DNA of 64,000 nt from Eledone cirrhosa. Its lineage: Eukaryota. Location of the stretch: contig CAXHJY010000057.1 in assembly GCA_964016885.1 (NCBI GenBank), positions 1-64,000 of the forward strand. Direction: 5' to 3'. Made by a program: the position numbers and the translations under genes. The notes under the pieces are model-generated. The model had not been told where the DNA came from. It searched no databases and saw nothing but the letters and a program-made list of their open reading frames with translations. Each line of letters starts with the position of its first letter. The first letter of the stretch is position 1. Positions 12,039 through 27,275 of the stretch are shown piece after piece.

Positions 12039-12478
12039 CGAGTTGCTACGACTTTTTGACTACTCTGTTGTTTTCTTTAGAAGCTAGAGCTCAGCTTATC
12101 AAAATAATACTATACAAACCCACCATTAAAACCCATGCCGAATCCTTCTTCCTCAACAACCTCCCACCGGAATACCCTCTTTGCTCAACATTATTTTGCT
12201 TGCTTAAATCTCTTTAAAATCTGCTAAAAATTCCGATGCACAGACTACCATATTAACTTTACAAACTTCCCTGATCTAACATGAGATAACGAAGGAATGG
12301 GCCTCCGTCGTTCTCGCTGGTGAGATATTAAATATATATGAAACTTTAGACAATTTTGGATTGACTTTTTCTATGGGGGAGTACATTTATTATTTCTCAT
12401 TCTATATGTATGCACATAATACTAGTTGTTTCTCAGCTAGATATACGAAAAAGATTATTTCGTATACCGTTTAAATTG

Positions 12479-12528
<50 letters not shown>

Positions 12529-12532
<4 letters not shown>

Positions 12533-12637
12533 GTTTCAACTTTTGGCGCAAGGCCAGCAATTCTCCAGTACATTACTGGTACTTTATTTTATCGACCCCG
12601 TAAGGATGAAAGGCAAAGTCAACCTCGGCGGGATTTA
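12529..12637 (-). mobile_element. tRNA-derived SINE, 5'-truncated short variant
   Basis: Core and tail match the other copies. Confidence 0.9.
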
Positions 12638-12921
12638 ATATAATAGTAACATATTCAATGCTACCTGTATGAGGACCTGTCCTCTCACATCAGACACAGC
12701 CGTACCTGGCGGTTGTTATTCTAGCCCGAAGGTAATCAACCAGATATCTATACCTAATAGTAACAGATACAATAACTCCTACGTCAGAGAGCCATTCACC
12801 TTTCTCTGACCTCCATATTGATTAAACCACATCAAACAAAAGTGAGAAAATAGCAATTTTTTGACGATCATTGCAAAATTTTTGCTAGAATTCTTCTCTT
12901 TTCATTTGGTTTACATCACTG

Positions 12922-12970
<49 letters not shown>

Positions 12971-13085
12971 ATCTATCTATCTATCTATCTATCTCTATGT
13001 CTATCTGTCTCTCCCTCTCCCCAATATTTGTTTCATTCAATTACTTTTCTCCTGTTTCTTTCTGATAATAACGCTTCAGAAATCG

Positions 13086-14308
13086 ATATATATATAAATG
13101 TATATATATACATATAAATGTATATATATATACATATAAATGTATATATATATACATATAAGTGTATATATATATATATAAATGTATATATATATATATA
13201 AATGTATATATATATATATAAATGTATATATATATATATAAATGTATATATATATATAAATGTATATATATACATATAAATGTATATATATACATATAAA
13301 TGTATATATATACATATAAATGTATATATGTATATATTTATATAAATGTATATATGTATATATTTATATAAATGTATATATGTATATATTTATATAAATG
13401 TATATATGTATATATATATATATATAAAATGTATATATATATATATATATAAATGTATATATGTATATATATATATAAATGTATATATGTATATATATAT
13501 ATATATAAATGTATATATGTATATATATATATATAAATGTATATATGTATATATATATATATATATAAATATATATATGTATATATATATATATATAAAT
13601 ATATATATGTATATATATATATATATAAATATATATATGTATATATATATATATATAAATGTATATATGTATATATATATATATATAAATGTATATATGT
13701 ATATATATATATATATATAAATGTATATATGTATATATATATATATAAATGTATATATATATATATATATATATAAATGTATATATGTATATATATATAT
13801 ATAAATGTATATATATATATATATATATAAATGTATATATGTATATATATATATATAAATGTATATATATATATATATATATATAAATGTATATATGTAT
13901 ATATATATATATAAATGTATATATATATATATATATATAAATGTATATATATATATATAAAAATGTATATATGTATATATATATATATATATATATAAAT
14001 GTATATATGTATATATAAATATAAATGTATATATGTATATATATATATATAAATGTATATATGTATATATATATATATATAAATGTATATATGTATATAT
14101 ATATATATATAAATGTATATATATATATAAATGTATATATATAAATATATAAATGTATATATATAAATGTATATATGTATATATATATATATATATATAA
14201 ATGTATATATGTATATATATATATAAATGTATATATGTATATATATATATAAATGTATATATGTATATATATAAATATATAAATGTGTATATGTATATAT
14301 ATAAATAT

Positions 14309-14340
<32 letters not shown>

Positions 14341-14378
14341 GTAAATGTATATATATATATATTTATATATATATGTAA

Positions 14379-14455
<77 letters not shown>

Positions 14456-14460
14456 CATAA
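13086..14460. repeat. ~1.4 kb (TA)n tract punctuated by AAATG/TG
   Basis: Direct reading. Confidence 0.97.
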
Positions 14461-14493
14461 CGTCTGACATCTGTCTTTTTTCATTGTACTATG

Positions 14494-14525
<32 letters not shown>

Positions 14526-14570
14526 ATTAGGCGTATGTATGTTACATATACATATATATAATGGGGGGAG

Positions 14571-14614
<44 letters not shown>

Positions 14615-14905
14615 CTAAATCAAACATATTGAATTGAATAGGTTACGCAGTGGTGTGTGTCTGCTCATGCGAATATGGGTGTATTTATGTGTATGTTTGT
14701 ATATGGTAGGCTTTAGATAGTTATACATACGCGCCTGAACATGTATGTATATATCTATGTATATAGGTCAGTGTGTATATTGTTATTTACACACATTTCT
14801 AAAAGACAACCTCTGATTGGGTGAGTGTGAATAGCAGTGATAGTAATGTATATACACACACACACATTATATGTATATATATATATATATGTGTGTTTAT
14901 ATATG

Positions 14906-15005
<100 letters not shown>

Positions 15006-15125
15006 TGTTGCAAAACATCGGTGGATGTTAAAAAGGAAAGCATAGCTCAACGTATATATATATATGTGTGTGTGTGTATATATGTGTGTGTATATATATA
15101 TATGTGCGTGGTGTATGTATATATA

Positions 15126-15172
<47 letters not shown>

Positions 15173-15216
15173 TGCAAAATATCGGTGTATGTTAAAAAGG
15201 AAAGCATAGCTCAACA

Positions 15217-15305
<89 letters not shown>

Positions 15306-15463
15306 TGTTATATATACATATATATATATATAGTGTTATACATTGGTAGGATCACGCCGCCATAAATATACCCACACCTGACCCTATCAACATCTGATTC
15401 AACGCACGTTTTCAAATGAAAAAAATCGACATAAACAAATTAAAAATGTAATATATATGTGTA

Positions 15464-15533
<70 letters not shown>

Positions 15534-15536
<3 letters not shown>

Positions 15537-15633
15537 GGTGTCCCAAAAAATTATATACACAATTCAACAGTATTCTAATAAACATTGCTTGTATAGGTAG
15601 TCGAATTGTTTATACGTTTCTTAGGACACCCTG
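15534..15633. mobile_element. ~100-bp Tc1/mariner-like MITE
   Basis: GGTGTCCCAAAAAATTATATACAC...TATACGTTTCTTAGGACACCCTG; internal part antiparallel to the 11781 copy. Confidence 0.7.
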
Positions 15634-15654
15634 TGCGCGTGTGTGTGTGTGGGC

Positions 15655-15689
<35 letters not shown>

Positions 15690-15693
<4 letters not shown>

Positions 15694-15876
15694 AGAAAAT
15701 ATGACCCCGACGGCAGAGCTCAAGCCGTTTCGACGGCTATTTCTGGACTAAAAAATCGAAACGGCTTGAGCTCTGCCGTCGGGGTCATACTTTCTCCTAT
15801 TACCCACTCTACTACCCTAAGTATTGAGTACTCTGGTACGTTATGGTCCATCTGGTTGCTTACCACAACTCCTTCG

Positions 15877-15879
<3 letters not shown>
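15690..15879 (+). mobile_element. Hairpin-plus-tail element, copy 2
   Basis: Same arms and tail as 11428; (TA)n on both sides. Confidence 0.85.
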
Positions 15880-15926
<47 letters not shown>

Positions 15927-16730
15927 AAAACAAAGCGAGGTTTTACATTAAGGGTTTTATAGAACGACTTATTATATATATATATAATGTAGTCACGAAA
16001 TTGTATTTTACCAGAAGGTAGCTGATGAGGAAATATATATAATCTTTTGTCCGTTTGTCTCCCGTTTCCGTTTTTCCATATATAACGACGCTAATATCTA
16101 CCTAGTTATTAATCGGGCACTCTCTGCAGTCTCTCTCTCTGTCTCTCTCTCACTCTCACTCTCTCGATCTCCCACTCACTCTCTCTTTCTATCTATCTAT
16201 CTCTACTCAGACACCTAGACAATAGAATCAATTCCAGGTCAATCTTCTGACATAAATAGACACACCACTATTAACACAATTTCTATAAACACACACGCAT
16301 ACACACATATACATGTATTTATAGCTATACACATACACACACACACATATATATATATATACATATATACACACATACAAACACACACATATATAGATAT
16401 GTCTCTGTAATATAAGTATGTCTAATACTCTGCTTGCCTCATTATATATATATATATATAGACATACATACATGCACAGAAATACATATATATATATATA
16501 TATATATGCACAGACACATTCATATATTATATATATATAAACATTATACATACATGTATACATGTAATACTATATATAATATACATATAATTGGCTTCCA
16601 AATTCATTTCTCAATCTATTTTCTACAACTATACGTGTCTTTCGTTTCTTTTTTTTATCTCTCGGAACTTTATATATTACTAATAGCGCCAGATCCAATG
16701 TATTTCTCTCATCCAGATTATATCTCACAC

Positions 16731-16779
<49 letters not shown>

Positions 16780-17051
16780 AGAGGCTATATATATATATAT
16801 AAATATATATATGTATATATATCTATATATATATAGCCTCTCACATATACACACATATATATATAGCCTCTCACGTATATACATATATATATAGCGTCTC
16901 ACATATATACATATATATATATATTATATAAATTACACAATAATCAAAGCTAAGTTCAAATCATTTTATTGCTGACAATCGTTTCTTCCAAACAATCGTT
17001 TGGAATCATAGGAGCACTAGCAATGTTTGTACATAAAATTAACCTCCTATT

Positions 17052-17089
<38 letters not shown>

Positions 17090-17771
17090 GCTTCTCAGAT
17101 ATACACACACATATATATATACACACTAACGTATACGCATACACTAACACTCACAGATTAGCTCTCACACGTACACACAGCTATATATACACATTAACGT
17201 ATACATGGATATAGACAGACACCCATTACCTCTCAAACATACACATATATATATATACACACACACACATTAGCTCTCACACATACACACATTAGCTCTC
17301 ACACATACACGCACACACATTATATATATATATATATATATACTAACGTATACACATACATAGACACCATAACGCATATACATATACACAAAACGAACAT
17401 ATTACATACACTAACACACTAGATTCACATAATGACGCCAGCATACACATACACACACACACTACCACATGCACGCACGCACATACACAGCCGCATGCTC
17501 ACACACGCACAACACACACATACACACGCACTACTGCACACAGGGTGGCCTACAAACGCACTTTGTTTAATTTTTCACCCATAGATTCCCTCTCTTCCTC
17601 CCTCACATACACATACATACACGTGCACGCGTGAACACACCTACACATTCACACACACACACACACTTACATATTCTGTTTTATCTCCCTCTATCTCTCT
17701 GTCACTCTCTCTCTCTCTCTCTATTAACTACGTTCGATATACATATTAAATCATTCTTTTAATTGTGGTAT

Positions 17772-17822
<51 letters not shown>

Positions 17823-17992
17823 CACATACAGAGACCGGAGAAAGAAACATACATACATATATATATATGTATATGTATATATATATATGTATATATTATT
17901 CAAAATGTTAATAAATGACAAATATTCTCATAAACAAAATATAGATTTTATTATACATATTTCAAAGGTACAATGGTGTTGAAGTACGTTTT

Positions 17993-18033
<41 letters not shown>

Positions 18034-18111
18034 GCACGTATAATAGTCACACTCTTGAGTATCGAGTACTCTGTTAAATAATGGGTTTACTAGTACAGTA
18101 CTGTGTTAATC

Positions 18112-18154
<43 letters not shown>

Positions 18155-18248
18155 ATATATATGTGTGTATATATATAATCCTCATATATATATATATATA
18201 TGTATGTATATATATATATATATGTATGTATATATATATATATGTATG

Positions 18249-18297
<49 letters not shown>

Positions 18298-18338
18298 GTA
18301 TGTATATATATATATGTATGTATATATATATATATATA

Positions 18339-18373
<35 letters not shown>

Positions 18374-18384
18374 ATGAATGAATG

Positions 18385-18426
<42 letters not shown>

Positions 18427-18463
18427 CATATATATATATACATATATATATGTATATATATAT

Positions 18464-18509
<46 letters not shown>

Positions 18510-18510
18510 G

Positions 18511-18541
<31 letters not shown>

Positions 18542-18718
18542 GTATATATACATCTATGTATATAGTGCACTTAAAGCCTGGTTTAAGTGCACTATATAAT
18601 ATAGCTATTAGATTATTCCATGTTCATTCAGTCAGTTCCATTCTACACAGTTTCTGGACAGCTGTCTATCCAGCTGTTTAGTACAATACACCATTTTGCT
18701 ATAGGCTCTATATACAGC

Positions 18719-18756
<38 letters not shown>

Positions 18757-18911
18757 TGTGTGTGTGTGTGTGTGGTGTATATGTGAGAGTGTTAGAGAGA
18801 CAATGAAAGTATAGATACATATTTTCAGGCTGCAAGTATATTTTTTTCGTATATCTGAAACTCCACTTTGATAAAGTACTCAAATTCTTCTTCAAACCAA
18901 TCACTACATAT

Positions 18912-18951
<40 letters not shown>

Positions 18952-19194
18952 GCGTGTGCGTGTGCGTGTGTGTGTGTGTGCGTGTGTGTCAGTGTGTCTG
19001 AGTGTGTCTGCGTGTGCGTGTGTGTGTGTAGCAAGATTCCACTGTGTGAAAAAGGTAAATGGAAAAGAGTGCTGAACCAGCAAGACACCAGAGATATATA
19101 CTATATATATCTTTATACACGGCAAAAAATGCTAACGAAGATTTCCAGGTCCAATACTGACCATATCTCAAGAATACCAGAGGGGACGTAATGA

Positions 19195-19244
19195 TGCCCT
19201 ATCTTCAGGTGCTTATACTTGTATAAGCACCTGAAGATAGGGCA
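19195..19244. repeat. Perfect 24-bp-arm palindrome
   Basis: TGCCCTATCTTCAGGTGCTTATAC TT GTATAAGCACCTGAAGATAGGGCA. Confidence 0.95.
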
Positions 19245-19294
19245 CAATGTTGGCACCTGAAGATAGGGTAGAATTTACAGATGATTTACCGAAA

Positions 19295-19580
19295 TTGGCA
19301 GTATCGGTAGAGGGGCAGTATCGGTAGAGGGTTGGACGCCATGCTTTCTGGCATAGTTACGTCCCTTTACAGTCTGAGTTCAAATCCCGCCGAGGTTAAC
19401 TTTGCCTTTCATCCTTACGGGGTCGATAAAATAAAGTACCAGTAATGTACTGGGTAATTGCTGGCCTTATGCCTAAAGTAGAAACACTTATTTCATCCTT
19501 ACGGGGTCGATAAAATAAAGTACCAGTAATGTACTGGAATAATAGCTGGCTTTGTGCCTAAAGTAGAAACAATTATTATT
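19295..19580 (+). mobile_element. tRNA-derived SINE, near full-length, plus a tandem 3' half
   Basis: A box TGGCAGTATCGG (duplicated), B box GAGTTCAAATCC, core twice, (ATT)n tail. Confidence 0.92.
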
Positions 19581-19682
19581 TTTACACGCAGAAACGTCCA
19601 TTTGTACCGTCCTCTACTGTCCTCTACCGTCCTTAATGTTATATTTTCTGTCAACCCTTGTGGTTGTTAACGAAAACATTGC
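19580..19682 (+). mobile_element. 3' UTR remnant of a Tx1/L1-like LINE
   Basis: TTTTACACGCAGAAA.G.CCATTTGTACCGTCCT... matches 60660-60745. Confidence 0.6.
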
Positions 19683-19714
19683 TATTGTTGTTGTATAAAT
19701 TTATAACGATATAC

Positions 19715-20195
19715 CATCACCGCCATCATCACAACCACTGTGACCACCACTATCAACAGCAGCACCACCACCACCACCACAACCATGACTACCACCACCA
19801 ACACAATCACCATCCGCACAACCCACACCATCATCGCAACCACCGCTACACCCACCCCCACCCCCACCATCACCAAAAATACCATGACTAGCACCATCAC
19901 CACCACCACCACCACTACAACAACCACCACCACAACCACCACCACGACCACCACCACAACCTCTACCACTACAACCACCACCACCACCACCACTACAACA
20001 ACCACCACCACCACCACTACAACCACCACCACCACAACCTCTACCACCACCACTACAACCACCACCACCACCACCACTACAAACTCTACCACCACCACTA
20101 CAACCACCACCACCACCACCACAACCTCTACCACCACCACTACAACCACCACTACAACCTCTACCACCACCACTACAACCACCACCACCACCATC
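19715..20195. repeat. (ACC/ACA)n tract
   Basis: Direct reading. Confidence 0.95.
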
Positions 20196-20434
20196 ATTTG
20201 TTCCCTATTAACTATAAAACATTACTCACACTCACACCATATGGCTGCCCAAATATTGCTCCTACATACAACAACAACAACAACAATTACAATGGTTGCT
20301 TCTTTTATTGGCTCAGGGGTATAACTGGTGGTGGTGGTGGTGGTGGAGATGATGATGGTTGTAGTGGTGGTGCTGGTGATAATGATATGTTTTACTTAAA
20401 TATATATATATATTTATATATATATATATATATA

Positions 20435-20745
20435 AGTTCAATTCTCAGACCGGGTGATGTGTTGTTTCCTTGAGCAAGACACTTTATTTCACATTGCTCC
20501 AGTTTACTCAGCTGTAGAAATGAGATGATAGGGAGTGGGGTCCCTACCATTCCACTGCAAAGTGGTCGTGGAGGTGCCACGTCAAAAAAAAAAAAAGCAC
20601 CCAGCACTCACTGTAAATGAGGTTGGTGTTAGGAAGGGCATCCAGCTGTAGAAATAAAGCCAGAATCAGTTCCCGTCCCACCCTTGCAAGCAGGGAAAAA
20701 GCGGACGTGAAATGAAATGATGATGATGATGATGATGATGATATG
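20435..20745 (+). mobile_element. Second tRNA-derived SINE type with a Meta-domain-like motif and (ATG)n tail
   Basis: B-box-like AGTTCAATTC; CTTGAGCAAGACACTTTATTTCAC (also at 51476); GTTGGTGTTAGGAAGGGCATCCAGCTGTAGAAA; TGATGATGA tail. Confidence 0.7.
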
Positions 20746-20784
20746 TAGAAGTTATATTTAATGTGTTGGGATACAACAAGCAAA

Positions 20785-20893
20785 TATTTCAAGGACACAC
20801 CAAAGCAAATATTTCAAGAACACCTTTTAAGGGTATGTCAATATTTTATCTGATGGAATCGCACCATAATTTGCTTTGGTGTCCTTGAAATAT
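20785..20893. mobile_element. Small foldback / MITE-like element
   Basis: ATATTTCAAGGACA(CA)CCAAAGCAAAT versus ATTTGCTTTGGTGTCCTTGAAATAT. Confidence 0.55.
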
Positions 20894-20944
20894 GTATAAT
20901 GAAATAAATATGGTTTTATAAATATAGTTTCAATTTATTAATAT

Positions 20945-20986
<42 letters not shown>

Positions 20987-21360
20987 TAAATATAATTGTT
21001 TCTTCTTTTGACACAAGGCCAGCAAATACACCAGTGCATTACTGGTACTTTAGTTGGTATATAAAGCTACACACACACACACATATCTATATATAGGTAA
21101 TAAATATATTGTTTCTTTATTTTCTTGACGTCTTTCATTCTTGTTGCGGTTTATTCATTATCAAACCGCCATGTTACGAAACAGAAACGAACACACGCAC
21201 ACTCAGAGAGGGGAGAGAGAGAGAGAGAGAGAGAGAGGAGAAAGAGGGGGAGAGGAGTGAGAGACAGACGGAGAGAGAGAGACGGACAGAGAGAGAGAAT
21301 TTCTGCTGCTGAGATCGGGGCGACCACAAATCGCGGGAATACTCGACTCATGGAAAAAAA

Positions 21361-21406
<46 letters not shown>

Positions 21407-21585
21407 TATTAACACTTATTATATATACACACACACAGACACATATATATGTATATAGATATATAATATATATATCAGAAGAAGTAACATATTTTCAATC
21501 TCGTATGAGATATATTTATATATTATATATCAATTTTTAGACAACGCTGTCTCTGATGTCGCTAAATTAAGAACTATATACATAC

Positions 21586-21640
<55 letters not shown>

Positions 21641-21810
21641 TCACCGAGAAAGAGATGTTCTCTTCTGATCCCAAACTGTCGGAAATGAATAAAAGACGGA
21701 GTGTGTTATGACGGCGGTGGTGGAGAGTCTAGTGCTGGAGGGGGGATATGGGTTGTGTAATGGTGCTGATGGGTTGGTGGGGGGGGGGGTCTGCTAGGGG
21801 AGAGACATTA

Positions 21811-21865
<55 letters not shown>

Positions 21866-21982
21866 GTATGTATATATATATATATATGTGTATATATATA
21901 TATATGTATGTATATATATATATTTATATATAGATATATATGTATGTAAATATATATATTTATATATAGATATATATGTATG

Positions 21983-22073
<91 letters not shown>

Positions 22074-22078
22074 GTATA

Positions 22079-22155
<77 letters not shown>

Positions 22156-22156
22156 G

Positions 22157-22252
<96 letters not shown>

Positions 22253-22264
22253 CATATATATACA

Positions 22265-22307
<43 letters not shown>

Positions 22308-22779
22308 GACATAAGGAATATTGATGTTTTGACTGTAGTTATTAGCTCTTCTTGTTATCTGTGTCTTTATAATTCGGTCTCTCTCTGTGGAACGCGAATG
22401 TCTATTCCTGTGAATGCCTTAGGTTTACTTCATTCATTTACCTTTTATGTGTGTATCTATGTATGTGTGTGTGTATATATATATATACACATATATATAT
22501 ATGTTTATATATACACATATTTATATATATATATATATACATATGTTTATATATACACATTTATATACATATGTTTATATATACACATTTATATATACAT
22601 ATGTTTATATATACACATATTTATATATATATATATATATATACATATATATACATATGTTTATATATACACATATTTATATATATATATACATGTATAT
22701 ATATATATATACATATGTTTATATATACACATATTTATATATGTATAGTAAAAAATCAAAAAATCATAGACAAAAATAA

Positions 22780-22843
<64 letters not shown>

Positions 22844-22921
22844 TTATAAATATATATATATATAACTATATCTATATCTATATTTACATACATACATACA
22901 TTTATACATAATACTTATATC

Positions 22922-22958
<37 letters not shown>

Positions 22959-22961
<3 letters not shown>

Positions 22962-23144
22962 CGAAGGAATTGTGGTAAGGAACCAGATGGACCATAACGC
23001 ACCAGAGTACTCAATACTTAGGGTAGTAGAGTGGGAAATAGGAAAAAGTATGACCCCGACGGCAGAGCTCAAGCCGTTTCGACTTTTTAGTCCATAAATA
23101 GCCGTCGAAAGGGCTTGAGCTCTGCCGTCGGGGTCATACTCTTT

Positions 23145-23148
<4 letters not shown>
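22959..23148 (-). mobile_element. Hairpin-plus-tail element, copy 3
   Basis: Reverse orientation; (TA)n on both sides. Confidence 0.85.
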
Positions 23149-23179
<31 letters not shown>

Positions 23180-23477
23180 CTTGTATCTACCTACCCATCT
23201 CTCTACCTGTCTCTCTCTCTGTCTCTAACTATCTATCTATCTCTCTCTCTCCCTATCTCTATCTATCTAGCTACCTATCTATCCATAGACCTATCTATCT
23301 ACTTATCTCAAGTTTCTTTCCCCCACCCCCGTCTCCTACTCCACCCTCTCCTCAACCAGTCACTCTTACTGCTCCCTCTTCTGTCATATTACATCTCCTC
23401 CCCTCCACCTCCTTTTGCTGCCATCAACATCTTAAGAGCTCATTATACCCCGCTTCTAATTGGCCTGCTACAGAAAA

Positions 23478-23782
23478 AACACATACACTCACATGGTTAT
23501 ATACACACACACACATATTCACACATACACACATGGTTATATACTCACAGACAGACACATAAACACACACATATTCACACATACACCCACATGGTTATAA
23601 ACACACATACACTCACATGGTTATAAACACACATACACTCACATGGTTATAAACACACACACAGACACATACACACATGGTTATATACACACAGACAGAC
23701 ACATACACATTTTCACACATACACTCACATGGTTATAAACACACACACAGACACATACACACACACATATTCACACATACAC
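23478..23782. repeat. CA-rich minisatellite with recurring CACATGGTTATA
   Basis: Motif recurs about 7 times. Confidence 0.85.
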
Positions 23783-24675
23783 TGGAGTGACTCTACCTGG
23801 AGTGACTCTACCTGGAGTGACTCTGGTCTCAGAGCTACAAATCTGTCCACTGATACTTTCCTGTGACACTCTAACCATTGAAGCTGTGACCTCTCAGTTC
23901 AGAGAAGTAGCAGCTCTACCTGGAGCGACTCACAGGCCGCCAAGCTACAAATCTGACCAGTGATTCTTTCCTGAGACATTCTAACCACATGTCCATATTA
24001 TCAGAGCTGTGATCTCTCAATTCAGAGAAGTAGCAGCTCTACCTAGAGTGACTCTCTGATCTCCGAGCTACAAATCTGTCCAGCGATTCTTTACTGAGAA
24101 ATTCTAACCACATGTCCATAGTATCAGAGCTGTGATCTCTCAATTCAGAGAAGTAGCAGCTCTACCTAGAGTGACTCTCTGATCTCTGAGCTACAAATCT
24201 GTCCAGTGATTCTTTCCTGAGACATTCTAACCACATGTCCATAGTAGCAGAGCTGTGATCTCTCAATTCAGAGAAGTAGCAGCTCTACCTAGAGTGACTG
24301 GCTGATCTCTGAGTTACAAATCTGTCCAGTGATTCTTTCCTGAGACATTCTAACCACATGTCCATAGTATCAGAGCTGTGATCTCTCAATTCAGAGAAGT
24401 AGTGGCTCTACCTAGAGTGACTCTCTGATCTCCAAGCTACAAATCTGTCCAGTGATTCTTTCCTGAGACATTCTAACCACATGTCCATAGTATCAGAGCT
24501 GTGACCTCTCAATTCAGAGAAGTAGCAGCTCTATCTGGAGTGACTCTCTGATCTCTGAGCTACAAATCTGACCAGCCATGCCTTCCTGAAATATTCTAAC
24601 CATCGGAGCTGTGACTTCTCAATCCGGAGAAATCTCGACTCTCTGATCTACGAGCCACACACTCTCTCGAGTAAC
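23783..24675 (-). repeat. 123-bp satellite (~6.5 copies) derived from an RTE LINE ORF segment
   Basis: Period 123 (24003, 24126, 24249, 24372, 24495). Minus-strand translation SSEIRESL*VELLLL*IERSQL*YYGHVVRMSQERI resembles the RTE post-RT motif IR..L.VE.LL.RIERSQLRW.GHV.RM. Confidence 0.8.
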
Positions 24676-24939
24676 CTTATTCCAGTTTTATTTTTCAATC
24701 AATCTTTGAAGGCTTTTAACTTATTTGTTATTAATTCCTCACAGATATTGAACTCTCTGTAATCAAATCACATTCAATATAGCTGAAATATCTGACTCCC
24801 TAGTCGAAATGGGGTCGACCTCAAAACGTGACATCTTGAGAAAATGACATTTTCTATAGGGTTTTGGTAATGGACCCAAACTCTTTTGAAGTTTGTCAGA
24901 CGGGCGGTGCTTGTAATTCAAGGAGCTGTATTGTCATAC

Positions 24940-25320
24940 GCTTTGTCGCACTGAATTTCTCCCGAGAATTATCTTAAAGAGTACACGTGTCTGTGTAGGA
25001 ACAGGCAACCATTTATACTTCAAAGATAATAACACCAACTCTACCAGAAATTCAGAGTTTAGTCTCGTCACACACTACCTCGTGCTAAATGTCCTCGAGA
25101 ATTTGCGTTACTGAGACACGTGTTTGTGGAGTGTCTGGCCACTACACAGTACTACAGTGTACGTTAGTGTCGTACCAGTAATTCAAAGGGGATGGCCTCA
25201 TCACAGACTACCTCGTGTGAAATCTCCTTCAGAATTTATATTATAGAGACACGTGTCTGTGAAAAACTAATTCACTTACTTACACTACAACGTAAGTTAG
25301 TGTCGTACCAGTAATTCAGA
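24940..25320 (+). repeat. Three degenerate ~130-bp tandem copies, probably SINE-derived
   Basis: GAGAATT...ACACGTGTCTGTG occurs three times; GTTAGTGTCGTACCAGTAATTCA twice. Confidence 0.6.
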
Positions 25321-25604
25321 CGGGTCTGCTAGATGTATGCATATATCTAAGTATGTGTGTGTGTGCGTGTGTGTGTGTGTGCATGTGTGTCAGTGAATGC
25401 TCCTACAGAGATGTATATGTGTGTGTCTGTGTGTAGTTGTGTAAGCATGTATATGAATGTATGTGTGTGTATGTGTAAATGTGTATTTGATGTGTGTACA
25501 TGGATATGTATGTGTGTGTAAGTATATATGTACATGTGGATGTGTGTACGTGTATATGTATGTATATCTATGTATGTATATGTGTATGTATATATGTGCA
25601 TATA

Positions 25605-25652
<48 letters not shown>

Positions 25653-25731
25653 TATATATATATGGACATATATATATATATATATGTACATATATATATA
25701 TAGACATATATATATATATATATATATGGAC

Positions 25732-26065
<334 letters not shown>

Positions 26066-26108
26066 ATATATATATATATGTATATATGTATATATATATA
26101 TATATATA

Positions 26109-26235
<127 letters not shown>

Positions 26236-26477
26236 ATATATATGTGTATGTGATGCGTTAGTCTTGATTCTGTCCTAGATTGCCTGAAAGATCCCATAAA
26301 GATAAAAGTAAATTTGAAACTCTCCCTCCTCCCACTTCCTACTCCCCCTCCCTCCTCTCATTCTACATCACCTTCCTCTTCCTTCTCCCCCTCCCTCTGT
26401 CACCTTCCTATTCCCCCTCCCCCCCACCACCTTAGTCCGATCATGAAATAAGATCCCAAGAATACATGATAATGGAT

Positions 26478-26990
26478 CTGGTGGTGGTGGTGTGGTGGTG
26501 GTTGTGTGGTGGTGCTGGTGTATAGGTGGTGGTGTGGTGGTGGTTGTGTGGTGGTGCTGGTGTATAGGTGGTGGTGTGGTGGTGTATAGGTGGTGGTGTG
26601 GTGGTGGTGGTGTATAGGTGGTGGTGTGGTGGTGGTGGTGTATAGGTGGTGGTGTGGTGGTGGTGGTGTATAGGTGGTGGTGTGGTGGTGGTTGTGTGGT
26701 GGTGGTGGTGTATAGGTGGTGGTGTGGTGGTGGTTGTGTATAGGTGGTGCTGGTGTATAGGTGGTGGTGTGGTGGTGTATAGGTGGTGGTGTGGTGGTGA
26801 TGGTGTATAGGTGGTGGTGTGGTGGTGGTGGTGTATAGGTGGTGGTGTGGTGGTGGTGGTGTATAGGTGGTGGTTGTGTGGTGGTGGTGGTGTATAGGTG
26901 GTGGTGTGGTGGTGTATAGGTGGTGGTGTGGTGGTGGTGTATAGGTGGTGGTGTGGTGGTGGTGGTGTATATATGGTGGTGGTGGTGATG
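26478..26990. repeat. GGT-based minisatellite (GGTGTATAGGTGGTGGTGT)
   Basis: Direct reading. Confidence 0.93.
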
Positions 26991-27275
26991 GTTGGGAGTA
27001 ACTGTGAGACTGATGGTGATGTTATGGTAATGGTGTTTGGCATACATTGATGATTGTGATAGTGGTGGCGGCGGCGGCAGTGGTAGAGGTGGTGGTGGTG
27101 GTGGAGGGAGGTAGATAGTAGGGAGGAATGAGGATGTAGTGGCATTGATTGGTGCACACTTCATTGGAAGACTGGACAGTTAGGGAAAAGAGGATTGAAG
27201 CTGGTATATATATATATATATATATGTTTGTGTATATGAATAAATATACAGACACACACACAAATATATATATAT

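Noticed and set aside
16021-16040. CTGATGAGGAAA as an HHR (likewise CTGATGAAGG at 55701)
   Set aside because: No stem II or properly placed GAAAC; at best truncated relics
23783-24675. 41-aa repeat protein exon
   Set aside because: In-frame stops in every unit; better explained as a LINE-derived satellite
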